From: Promethearchaeia archaeon
GTDB lineage: Archaea; Asgardarchaeota; Lokiarchaeia; Sigyniarchaeales; SOKP01
Assembly: GCA_046497275.1 (NCBI GenBank)
Contig: JAWOFX010000175.1
Location: 1,993-33,992, forward strand
Length of the DNA: 32,000 bases
Reading direction: 5' to 3'
Position 1 is the first letter of the stretch, and each line of letters begins with the position of its first letter. Shown here one piece after another: positions 17,193-26,631 of the stretch. A program made the translations under genes and the position numbers. The notes below the pieces were generated by a model that was not told the origin of the DNA, made no database searches, and worked only from the letters and a program-made list of their open reading frames with translations.

Positions 17193-18833
17193 ATGAATAT
17201 TTTAATCAAGAACGGATTAATTATTGATGGTACGGGGTCTGAAGGGTATAATAGCGATTTGTTAATACGAAATGATGAAATAGTTGAAATAAGTACTCAG
17301 ATCACTGATTCTCAAGCAGAAATAATAGATGCTAAGGGTCTGATTATTGCTCCAGGATTTATTGATATGCATAATCATGCAGATTTAAATATTTTCGAGG
17401 CAAATGAGGCTATAGCTTTTATAAAACAAGGACTAACCACGATAACTGCGGGGATGTGTGGAATTGGAATAGCACCTGCAAATGAAAAAGTCAAAAACTA
17501 TTATTATAAGTTCGCAAGCAAGGCTTTTTGTTCAAAACCAGAATTATATGATAATTATAGATTATTATTTGAAGCTTTGGAAAAAAAAGGGATTGGAATT
17601 AATCTATGCTTTTTTATACCTCAAGGAAATATTAGAGCATGTGCGTTAGGAACGGAAAGCCGAGACCCAACTGAAAGCGAAATGGAAAAGATGAAACAAA
17701 TAGTTGAGGAGAATATGAAGGCAGGAGCATTCGGAATGTCAACGGGCTTAGTTTACCCTCCAGGTTCAGAAAGCAGCACAGAAGAATTGATTGAATTATC
17801 AAAAATTGTAAGTAAATATGATGGAATTTATGACTCACATATGAGAAATGAGGGTGCTGGGATAATCGATATCGGCATGAAAGAATTAATTACTATTGCA
17901 CGAGAAGCGAATGTTAAAGCACATATCTCACATTGGAGTGTGATTAGCAATTATAATATAGAGGATTTGACAAAAGAAGCTATAGATTATATGAATCAAG
18001 CTCGATCTGAAGGATTGAAAATTACAGCTGATACTACAGTATATGATGATGGATTTACCAGTTTATCGCTCGTTCTGTTACCCACATGGGTTTTTAATAA
18101 TTTTGAGGAAAATCTTACAAATCCCTTAATTCGAAAACAGATTCAAGAAGAGGTGTTTGATAAACTTTATTCTATGTTTATCGCTCAAGCGCCATTTTAC
18201 ATTAAAATAATTCCAAAATTCATATTAAAGAAAATCATTTTTTCGAAAATGGCTAAAAACGTATGGGTTTTAAATACCTTAAAGAACCAAGAGTTGGTAG
18301 GACAGACAGTATATGATATTCTTTCCTCTCAATATCCCTCAAAAAGCCTAGAAGATGCATTATTAGATTTTATTAAAGACCAAGAGGGAGGGATTATGAT
18401 ACGAATACTTAGTAAAGATGAAGAGAAAAGTGTTATTCCTCTCTTCAAACAAGAGTATGTTGCACCCTCGTCTGATGCGATTCCCTTGACGGAGGGTAAT
18501 ACGCACCCAAGAACATATAATGCATTCCCTCGCGTTATAGCACGATGGGTTAAGGAAAAGAAATATCTCTCATTAGAAGAAGCTATAAGAAAAATGACTT
18601 CTTTACCAGCATCAATTTTAGGTTTAAAAGACAGAGGAATTATCAAAAAAGGATATAAAGCAGATATTGTAATTTTTGACTACGATAAAATCCAAGATAG
18701 AGGGACTATGGAAAACGGAAAAGAATTCCCAGATGGCATAAATTATGTAATTATAAACGGAGATTTAACTATTAAACAAGAAGAATATCTAGGAAATTAT
18801 CCTGGATTAATATTTAAAAATAACAAAGAATAG
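17193..18833 (+). CDS. N-acyl-D-amino-acid deacylase (D-aminoacylase) family amidohydrolase
   Basis: IKNGLIIDGTG, PGFIDMHNHAD, GMCG, GMSTGLVYPPG, SHMRNE, HISH, SSDA, HPRTY and GYKADIVIFD. Confidence 0.88.
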   Translation: MNILIKNGLIIDGTGSEGYNSDLLIRNDEIVEISTQITDSQAEIIDAKGLIIAPGFIDMHNHADLNIFEANEAIAFIKQGLTTITAGMCGIGIAPANEKVKNYYYKFASKAFCSKPELYDNYRLLFEALEKKGIGINLCFFIPQGNIRACALGTESRDPTESEMEKMKQIVEENMKAGAFGMSTGLVYPPGSESSTEELIELSKIVSKYDGIYDSHMRNEGAGIIDIGMKELITIAREANVKAHISHWSVISNYNIEDLTKEAIDYMNQARSEGLKITADTTVYDDGFTSLSLVLLPTWVFNNFEENLTNPLIRKQIQEEVFDKLYSMFIAQAPFYIKIIPKFILKKIIFSKMAKNVWVLNTLKNQELVGQTVYDILSSQYPSKSLEDALLDFIKDQEGGIMIRILSKDEEKSVIPLFKQEYVAPSSDAIPLTEGNTHPRTYNAFPRVIARWVKEKKYLSLEEAIRKMTSLPASILGLKDRGIIKKGYKADIVIFDYDKIQDRGTMENGKEFPDGINYVIINGDLTIKQEEYLGNYPGLIFKNNKE

Positions 18834-18912
18834 ATCTTATATTTAAGCGAAAGAGAACATCAGATTGAAATCTTTAAATATTAAATAAGCATCTTATTTT
18901 ATATCAAAAAAA

Positions 18913-20136
18913 GTGAGATATATGAAAGCATTATATTTTGAGATTCCTAGATATTTAGAACTTAAACAGAAAATAATTCAAGATCCTACTTTCAATGTGA
19001 AAGCATATGATTTAGTAGAATATTCAGAAAATTTTGAGGAACCAGAATTAATAAACGAGAATTGGATTAAAATAAAAGTAAAGCTAGGTGGAATTTGCGG
19101 AACAGACATGCATACTATGAACATACAACAATCAATGGCACTTTCACCGTTTTCTTCATTTCCTGCAGTGCCTGGTCATGAAATTGTTGGGGAGATCGTA
19201 GAGATTGGAAAAAATGTTGACAATCTTCAAATAGGGGATAGAGTTATTTGCGATACCAATCTTTGCTGCGAGGTTAGAGGTTTAGAGCCATGTCCTCAAT
19301 GTCTTGCTGGAGATTATAATCTATGTGCAAACCTCGATAAAGGGGATATTTCACCTGGAATAACTTTTGGGTATTGTAAGGATACAGGTGGAGGTTGGGG
19401 TGAATATGTTATTGCGCATCATAATTATGTCTATAAATTACCTGAGAATTTAACGTGGAAACAGGCTTTAATTGCTGAACCGGTTTCTTGTGCTCTCCAT
19501 GGAATTTTAAAACATAAACCAGAAGAAAATGATACCTGTGTCGTGATAGGATGTGGAACGATTGGATTGTCTGTGATAACTACATTAAAAGCTTTAGGTG
19601 CGAATAGAATATATGCGACTGCGCGTTATGATTTTCAAGGGGAACTTGCAAAGAAACTCGGTGCTGATGAAGTTTTTATCACTAAAAAAGATCTACATAT
19701 TAAGAAACTTGCACGAAAATTGGACTCGAGGATTTTATCACCCCCATTGGAAGCTGCCTATCCAATAGGAGGAGGAGGTGATATAGTTTATGATTCAGTT
19801 GGAAATGCCAGTTCTATCGAAGATTCTCTAAGATTAGTTAAAACGAAGGGAATTCTCCTTCTGATTGGTTATCCTAGTAATATTGAAGTTGATTGGACAC
19901 CTTTAATTTCAAAGGAAGTATCAATCATCTCTTCAAATATTTTTGGCCATGAAATATTTGAGGGTGAGAGAAAGCGAACTATGGAGATTGCCTTAGATCT
20001 TATTTCCTCTCAGAAAGTAAACGTTGATCCGTTTGTCACTCACAGCTTAAGTTTAGAAAATTATAAGCAAGCTTTAGAAATAGCAAATAATAAGAGTCAG
20101 TATGAAGCAGTGAAAGTTGCCTTCGAATATGAGTGA
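18913..20136 (+). CDS. Zn-dependent medium-chain dehydrogenase (threonine/sorbitol dehydrogenase-like)
   Basis: GICGTD, GHE, structural Zn cysteines (CCEVRGLEPCPQC...NLC), EPVSCALH and GCGTIG. GTG start at 18913 or ATG at 18922. Confidence 0.88.
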   Translation: MRYMKALYFEIPRYLELKQKIIQDPTFNVKAYDLVEYSENFEEPELINENWIKIKVKLGGICGTDMHTMNIQQSMALSPFSSFPAVPGHEIVGEIVEIGKNVDNLQIGDRVICDTNLCCEVRGLEPCPQCLAGDYNLCANLDKGDISPGITFGYCKDTGGGWGEYVIAHHNYVYKLPENLTWKQALIAEPVSCALHGILKHKPEENDTCVVIGCGTIGLSVITTLKALGANRIYATARYDFQGELAKKLGADEVFITKKDLHIKKLARKLDSRILSPPLEAAYPIGGGGDIVYDSVGNASSIEDSLRLVKTKGILLLIGYPSNIEVDWTPLISKEVSIISSNIFGHEIFEGERKRTMEIALDLISSQKVNVDPFVTHSLSLENYKQALEIANNKSQYEAVKVAFEYE

Positions 20137-20328
20137 AGAGAACATATTTTTCGTAATGTTCAACTAATTCATTTGCATTTATTTTATTTGAGAATCCTTA
20201 TCCTCTAAATTTTTTATCTTATAGAAATTTTAATAGATCAATTTATTAGAAAAATTTAATAAATGTTTGAACTAAATTTCTTATATAAATTATTTTTTAA
20301 CAAAAAAAAAAAAATTGGTTTAGATAAT

Positions 20329-21774
20329 ATGAGTGATGTAAAAGAATCACAGGAATTTAAGTATTCATTTGGAGTTCATGCAAGTTATGGATTAGGGGGG
20401 TTTCTAGACAATTTCATTCAAGCGGCGTTTACAACGAGGCTATTTTACTATTATCTGGTTGTCTTAAATCTTGATTTCCTTTATTTAGGTATTGCCTACG
20501 GTATATTTGGCGTTTGGAACATGGTAAACGACGTTGTACTCGGCAATTTATCCGATAGGAAATATAAATGGACTAGCAAATGGGGAAGACGATTTCCATG
20601 GTTTACATTTGGAATTTTGACCTACGCTGTATCATATTGGGCTTTATTTGCTGCTCCTTTTGCGTCTGGTGCCACTCAACAACTTGGAAAATTCTTATGG
20701 TGTTTAATTACCTTAATCGTGTTTGAACTCTTATTTTCCCTGTGGCAAATTAATTGGCTTTCTATCTTTCCAGATAAATATCGAACAACCAGAGAAAGAA
20801 ATAGAATTGGTGTATGGACAACAATTTGGGGGGTGTTAGGAATAGTTTTAGGTGTTCTTATTCCTCCATTAGTAATGACAGATTATCTACCTAAATTTGA
20901 CTATTTACTCTCCGGATTGGTTGTTGCAATCGTCACCTTAGTGGCAGCCGTCGCATCTATTCCTGGAATGCGTGAGGATAAAGAATTAATAGACAGACAA
21001 CTTGATATTTTAGAGAGAAAAGAAGAGAAGGAAAAGGAATCGTTTGTTCAGATTCTGAAATCTTGTTTGGGTGATAAAAATTTTCTAGCCTACGTTCTAA
21101 CATATATGGGTCATCAAGTAATGACTGTATTCTTATTAGGTCTCTTGCCTTTCTGGAATACAGTTGTAATTGGTTCAAGTGATCCAGATACCGAGCTCGT
21201 GATGGGTATTTTCTTTTTAATAGCGGTACTTGCAGGAACACCATTCTGGAGTTTTATTGGCAGAAAATTAGGGAACAAAAAAGCATTTATATTAGGCACA
21301 TTCATAACAACATGGTTATTTATACCCTTATGGTTTGTTGGAGTGGGACCTCTTGTTGGAGATTTAGCATTATATTTTACTGCTATTATCCTCGCCTTAA
21401 TAGGTTTTGGAATAGGAGCTATTTGGACTCTAATGTATCCTTGCTTTTCCGATGTAATGGATAATATAGTTGTAAGATCAGAGGAACGAAAAGAGGGAGC
21501 TTATACTGGGATTAGAACATTTTTTGGAAGGTTTTCATTTGTTCTTCAAGCGTTATTCTTCTCTTTAATTCTTTGGGGAACTGGTTTCAATCCATATGTT
21601 CTTGATCCAACTGATCCGCAACCAGCAAGTGCGTTAATTGGACTTCGAGTCTTATTTTCATTGATACCACAAATTTTCTATTTCATTGGATTCTTGCTAA
21701 TGTGGAAAGTCTATGACTTAGATATGGCTTGTGTAGCCAAGAATAGAGAATTGTTAGAACAAAAAATCTTATAA
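20329..21774 (+). CDS. MFS transporter, GPH/MelB-like (glycoside-pentoside-hexuronide) family
   Basis: About 12 hydrophobic segments with WNMVNDVVLGNLSDR, SKWGRRFPW, ERKEGAYTG and QPASALIGLR. The ATG at 20329 is preferred because the extension from 20263 looks like AT-rich intergenic DNA. Confidence 0.88.
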   Translation: MSDVKESQEFKYSFGVHASYGLGGFLDNFIQAAFTTRLFYYYLVVLNLDFLYLGIAYGIFGVWNMVNDVVLGNLSDRKYKWTSKWGRRFPWFTFGILTYAVSYWALFAAPFASGATQQLGKFLWCLITLIVFELLFSLWQINWLSIFPDKYRTTRERNRIGVWTTIWGVLGIVLGVLIPPLVMTDYLPKFDYLLSGLVVAIVTLVAAVASIPGMREDKELIDRQLDILERKEEKEKESFVQILKSCLGDKNFLAYVLTYMGHQVMTVFLLGLLPFWNTVVIGSSDPDTELVMGIFFLIAVLAGTPFWSFIGRKLGNKKAFILGTFITTWLFIPLWFVGVGPLVGDLALYFTAIILALIGFGIGAIWTLMYPCFSDVMDNIVVRSEERKEGAYTGIRTFFGRFSFVLQALFFSLILWGTGFNPYVLDPTDPQPASALIGLRVLFSLIPQIFYFIGFLLMWKVYDLDMACVAKNRELLEQKIL

Positions 21775-21779
21775 TAAAA

Positions 21780-21840
21780 TTTCCATCTTTTTTTTATTTT
21801 TTATATCTAGTTGTGAAAATTAAGTGTAAAATAAAAAAAA
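21780..21840. terminator. Bidirectional oligo(T) terminator candidate between the GPH transporter and ridA
   Basis: Long T tracts on the plus strand after the transporter stop and an A tract (21826-21840) just before the end of convergent ridA. Confidence 0.4.
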
Positions 21841-21854
21841 GAGTATAGATTTAG

Positions 21855-22235
21855 TTAGAGCATTGCGATTACATCAATTTCTAGTTTCATTATAGCTACA
21901 GGTAAGTCTGCCACTTCTATGGTGGTTCTTGCGGGATAAGCATCTTCTACTCCATTTTCATTAAAGAATTTCTTATATGCGCGATTCATTTTTCCAAAAT
22001 TCCCCATATCGTTTAAATAGACGGTTACTTTTACGATATCGGATACTTTTGCTCCCGCCGCTTCCAAGATGGTTTTAATATTTTCAAAGGTAGATAATGT
22101 TTGATCTTTTATATCATCAGATCCCGGTTTTGGTCCTTGCCCAGATACAAAAATAAGATTGCCAACTTTAATTGCAGGACTATATGGGCCGGCAGTTGCG
22201 GAATCTGGTGGCTTAATGATTTCTTTTTCAACCAT
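21855..22235 (-). CDS. ridA: RidA/YjgF enamine-imine deaminase
   Basis: GPYSPA, FVSGQ, F..MN..Y, catalytic Arg in PART, and KLEID. Confidence 0.9.
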   Translation of the reverse strand: MVEKEIIKPPDSATAGPYSPAIKVGNLIFVSGQGPKPGSDDIKDQTLSTFENIKTILEAAGAKVSDIVKVTVYLNDMGNFGKMNRAYKKFFNENGVEDAYPARTTIEVADLPVAIMKLEIDVIAML

Positions 22236-22257
22236 ATTTATATATCACTTTTTTTAT

Positions 22258-23343
22258 TTAATAATTTTTACCTCGTGCTAGGATCGGCCATTTTCCTATA
22301 TATTCTCCATTTTTGACCACGTGAATATAATCGTGAATATTTACGGTTGGGCATATATGTGCGGGAATAAGTTCCACTTTATCACCAATCTCCAATTGAT
22401 CTTTGGAACTTGCCTTAAATTGACTATGTTCCTCAGTTATTACTCTAAAATTTGCTCTTTGCAATCCTTTAAATTCAGGTCTTCCATCTCCAGTGGAGAA
22501 TGCTTTTATGCCAGCATCTAGAGTATAGAGCCGTTTGCCAGTGTTACTTTGGACTGTCCCTAGGACCGTCACAGCGGTTTCAAATTCAGGAACCACTCTC
22601 TTAATATGTTCGTCTCCAAATATATATGTACCAGGTTGGATTTCAGTTATCCCATCCACTTTAGCAGAAAACATAAAAGTTCCCGAACCTGAAGCACTTA
22701 AATAATCTATATTAAACCCATTTTTGTTTATCAAATCCCGGGTTGCAACTAATTCGTGCATCGCTTCTTCAGTTTGTTCTTTTCTCAAATCATAATCAGT
22801 TTGTGGGGTGAGATGTCCCTCATATCCTTGAAGTCCGACAAGTCTCAATCTTGGTTGACTTTTAATAAAGTTTGCTAATTCTAGCGCAGGTTCTCCCGAT
22901 TTTACACCCGTTCTTCCCATTCCTAAATCAATATCTATTAAGACTTCTAATTCTACATTTGATTTTTTTGCCCATTGACTTAGATCTGATATATTCTTTT
23001 TCGAATCAACAACACAGCGAGTTAATGTATATTTATTGAGTTTCATTAATCGTTGAATATGATTAGGAACAATTACTTGATTGGCAATTAAAAGATCATC
23101 AAACCCACCTTGGGCGTAAACTTCAGCTTCTCCTACTTTTGCAACGGCAATCCCTTTCGCGGCTGATCCTGCGATTCTTATTTGTATATGAGCGACTAAT
23201 GGGATTTTCGCAGTTTTTACATGTTGTCGTAAATTTACACCAGTTCCTTTGACAAACTCTGCCATGTATCTCATATTTTTTTCCATTTTATCATAATTTA
23301 GCACGAGAGCAGGAGTGGGGATTTCTTTTTTCCAATTTTCCAA
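22258..23343 (-). CDS. Fold-type III PLP enzyme, D-threonine aldolase / DSD1 D-serine dehydratase family
   Basis: TPALVLN, RQHVKTAK (PLP Lys), DIDLGMGRTGV, GYEGH, EIQPGTY, LDAGIKA, TEEH and metal-binding HIC in PAHICPTVN. TTG start preceded by AAAGGT. Confidence 0.88.
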   Translation of the reverse strand: MENWKKEIPTPALVLNYDKMEKNMRYMAEFVKGTGVNLRQHVKTAKIPLVAHIQIRIAGSAAKGIAVAKVGEAEVYAQGGFDDLLIANQVIVPNHIQRLMKLNKYTLTRCVVDSKKNISDLSQWAKKSNVELEVLIDIDLGMGRTGVKSGEPALELANFIKSQPRLRLVGLQGYEGHLTPQTDYDLRKEQTEEAMHELVATRDLINKNGFNIDYLSASGSGTFMFSAKVDGITEIQPGTYIFGDEHIKRVVPEFETAVTVLGTVQSNTGKRLYTLDAGIKAFSTGDGRPEFKGLQRANFRVITEEHSQFKASSKDQLEIGDKVELIPAHICPTVNIHDYIHVVKNGEYIGKWPILARGKNY

Positions 23344-23578
23344 ATTCTATTACCTTTTTTCATTAAAATCGATTAGTATATTTTGATAAAATCTAAATTT
23401 ATAATTAAAATTATTGATAAAAGTTCTAGATAATTTTTTTTACATATTGGAATGCAATGAATTCAAAATGTTTCAATTGAATCCAGATAAAATAGTTTTT
23501 TTAAAATATCTCCTCTTGAAATAATTTATAATCTTAGATTAATTCACTACTAATAACTATAAAGTTGGGAATTATACT

Positions 23579-24625
23579 ATGAGAATAATTGATCTCAGAT
23601 CTGATACCTTTACAAAACCAAATGAAGAAATGTGGAAAAGATTAAGAGCGTTAGATAATTCAGAAATTGGAGATGATGTATATGGAGAAGATCCAACAGT
23701 AAATGCCTTGGAAGAGAAAGCAGCAAAGATGATAGGGAAGGAGGGCGCTTTATATGTCACTTCTGGAACCCAAGGTAATCTAGTCTCTCTCATGGCACAT
23801 ACGAATCCCGATGATACAATCTTAGTCGAAGAATTAAGTCATATTTTTCAAAATGAGATAACTAGTGCTACTCAAATCGCACGATTAAAAGTTAGAACAT
23901 ATTCATCAAATAGGGGAGTTCCAAAACTCAAGGATCTTTCGAAGAGTATTGAAAAAACTAAAAAAAATCCCTCTCCTTTGAAAGTTATTGTTTCGGAAAA
24001 TACACATAATTATCATGGGGGAGCAATAATAAAACCAGAGATATTAAAAGACATTAATAAAATAGCCAAAAAATATGAATTAAAATTGCATTTAGATGGA
24101 GCAAGAATATTTAATGCCGCTGTTGGTCTTGATATAAAAGTAACCGAATTAACACAACATGCTGATAGTATTATGTTTTGCTTATCTAAAGGTCTTTCCT
24201 GTCCTGTAGGATCTTTAGTAGCTGGCTCAAAAAGCTTTATTTCTAAAGCGAGGAAATACAGAAAAATGGTAGGAGGAGGAATGCGACAAGCAGGAATAAT
24301 TGCTTCATTTGGATTAGATGCATTGGAGACAAAATGGATACAAAGATTGGAAGAGGATCATATAAATGCAACATTTTTAGCTAATGGAATGAAAAATCTG
24401 AATCTCCCGATAGAAATAAATAAACCAGATAGTAATATGGTTATAGTTTCTATTCCAAAAGAGCTAAGAATTGGAAAAGTAATAAGAATACTAGGAAATG
24501 ACGGAATATTAGCTTTACCTATTGATAAGCAAAAGATTAGGTTTGTAACTCATTTTGGGATAGATCAAGACGATATCGAATATACTTTAAGGAAGATGGA
24601 AATGATCCTACCGCAGTTTTTTTAA
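23579..24625 (+). CDS. ltaE: Low-specificity L-threonine aldolase
   Basis: IDLRSDT, GDDVYGEDPT, SGTQGN, ENTHN, HLDGARIFNA, CLSKGL (PLP Lys) and GGGMRQAG. Confidence 0.93.
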   Translation: MRIIDLRSDTFTKPNEEMWKRLRALDNSEIGDDVYGEDPTVNALEEKAAKMIGKEGALYVTSGTQGNLVSLMAHTNPDDTILVEELSHIFQNEITSATQIARLKVRTYSSNRGVPKLKDLSKSIEKTKKNPSPLKVIVSENTHNYHGGAIIKPEILKDINKIAKKYELKLHLDGARIFNAAVGLDIKVTELTQHADSIMFCLSKGLSCPVGSLVAGSKSFISKARKYRKMVGGGMRQAGIIASFGLDALETKWIQRLEEDHINATFLANGMKNLNLPIEINKPDSNMVIVSIPKELRIGKVIRILGNDGILALPIDKQKIRFVTHFGIDQDDIEYTLRKMEMILPQFF

Positions 24626-24818
24626 TTATTGATATTGGTTTTAAGAAATTTTTATTATCCTAAAAATTACGTTAAAAAAAACTTTAATTATTTTCTAGAA
24701 TATAGATTTAATTTCTCTTTAATAGAATTATATTTTTAAAAAATTGGTTTAAAATAATATAAAATATTTACTCTTTTTAGGAATAATTGAAAGGGATAGA
24801 TATTAATTTAAAGACTGA

Positions 24819-26615
24819 TTGAATTTGAGTAATAAAAAAGATAAAGTTTGGATTTTAACATTTGAATATAAAGGTATAGCGAAAGTTGGTGGATTAGGGG
24901 AGGTTCCAGCAAATCAAGCATTAAGCTTAAAAGATTACTATAATTTTCAAGTATTTATCCCATCTCACGGACAATTGGAAAGAATAGAAAAAGAATACCT
25001 AGTTAAAAAATTACCTATTGAATGTTTTGGTGAGATTCAGCTTAGATCTCAAGGGATTTATAATATAAAGGGCAATTATGAAATCGGATTCTATAAATTC
25101 AAATTAAATGGTATAGAGATAATATTATTAAAGGGAGAGAATGAATTTACAGAACAATTTCTCGATGATAATGGAGTATATAATCCAGATACATTTGAAG
25201 GAAAATTAGCCCTTTATACTAAAGGGATGCAGTGTTATTTAAGTTCTCTAATAAGTAATAATAAAGAAAATATACCTGATATTGTTCATCTTCATGATTT
25301 CCACGCGGTAATCCCATATATTTCAATGAAACAAGAACTTTTTAGAAATAATCTTGAAATACCTTCAATCATCACAATTCACCTTTTAACTTGGCCGAGG
25401 TATGATTTAGAATTTTTAAGAAACTGTGGAATAGATGATACTCCAATAAAGATAAGACGTGAAGGAGGAATGGAAGAGATGACAATTGAAGAGATCTTTC
25501 ATCTATTGAGTACTTCAGAAGAAAAAAAGGATAAAAAACCTCCTACAATGGAAAAGATCGGTGCATTTATATGCGACTTAGTTATCTCAGTTAGTAAATC
25601 TTATTTAGAATCTGAGATCATCCCAAATCTAGGAGATAATTTAATCAAGTATAAAGCGGATTTTGTTTGGAATGGTTCTGATTGGGATTACTATGAGATG
25701 AGAAAAAAAGTTCTTAACGATTTAGAGAAAGATATAAGAGATTATTTACATATTCCGCCCGACCAAGAGATTAAACGGTATCATATGAAAGATTTTCTTT
25801 TAACTTATAAGATAGGTAATTTAGATCAAAGTCCATTGATAAATTCTAAAAAAATATTACATAAAATCAATCAAATCTCCAATGGAAATCAATTTGTAAG
25901 GAATGGGAGGATTAAAGCATTTAATGAATCGGGGCCATTAGCTATTACAACAGGTCGTATTTCAAAGCAAAAAGGGTTCGAAATCATTTTAGAGTCTATT
26001 CCAAAGATTATAAAAGTAATTCCCGATGCCAAATTTCTATTTCTTATTTTACCAACAGAATATAGTATTGACAAAATTGAAGAATATTCTCAATATGTTA
26101 AAAAATATCAAAATAATTTAAGAATAATTTTCGGGGTCGCATCTGATATATTTAATTTAGCTCATTTAAGTGCAGATGTGTATTGTGCATTATCTCGCTG
26201 GGAACCTTTTGGTATTATCGCATTAGAGGCAATGGCATCAAAATTACCAGTTATTGCTACGAAAGTTGGAGGATTACAAGAATCTGTCATAGATATCAGG
26301 AAAGATTCAGAGAAAGGCACGGGGATATTAATTAATAAACATGATAAAGAGGATTTTATTGCTGCTGTAATGTCCATTTTTCAATTATCAAATTTAAATG
26401 AAACATTCAAAAAGAGTAATAAAATTGATTCAGAGTTGATTAAAAAAATTCCAGATAAAGAAATTAGAAAACTTGCCAAAGAAAATCCTAGTTATTATAC
26501 TAAAATGAAAGAGAACTGCTATAAAAGAGTTGAAGATCAATTTCGATGGACAGAAGTTTCGAAAAGATTGCGAATGTTATATGAGCAAATAATAAATTTT
26601 CATAAATATCCTTAA
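24819..26615 (+). CDS. glgA: Glycogen/starch synthase (GT5-type glycosyltransferase)
   Basis: ADP/UDP-glucose-binding KVGGLGEV, HLHDFH, TIH, GRISKQKG, SRWEPFGIIALEAMA and TKVGGL. TTG start. Confidence 0.82.
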   Translation: MNLSNKKDKVWILTFEYKGIAKVGGLGEVPANQALSLKDYYNFQVFIPSHGQLERIEKEYLVKKLPIECFGEIQLRSQGIYNIKGNYEIGFYKFKLNGIEIILLKGENEFTEQFLDDNGVYNPDTFEGKLALYTKGMQCYLSSLISNNKENIPDIVHLHDFHAVIPYISMKQELFRNNLEIPSIITIHLLTWPRYDLEFLRNCGIDDTPIKIRREGGMEEMTIEEIFHLLSTSEEKKDKKPPTMEKIGAFICDLVISVSKSYLESEIIPNLGDNLIKYKADFVWNGSDWDYYEMRKKVLNDLEKDIRDYLHIPPDQEIKRYHMKDFLLTYKIGNLDQSPLINSKKILHKINQISNGNQFVRNGRIKAFNESGPLAITTGRISKQKGFEIILESIPKIIKVIPDAKFLFLILPTEYSIDKIEEYSQYVKKYQNNLRIIFGVASDIFNLAHLSADVYCALSRWEPFGIIALEAMASKLPVIATKVGGLQESVIDIRKDSEKGTGILINKHDKEDFIAAVMSIFQLSNLNETFKKSNKIDSELIKKIPDKEIRKLAKENPSYYTKMKENCYKRVEDQFRWTEVSKRLRMLYEQIINFHKYP

Positions 26616-26631
26616 AAAACGGGTTAAAACC

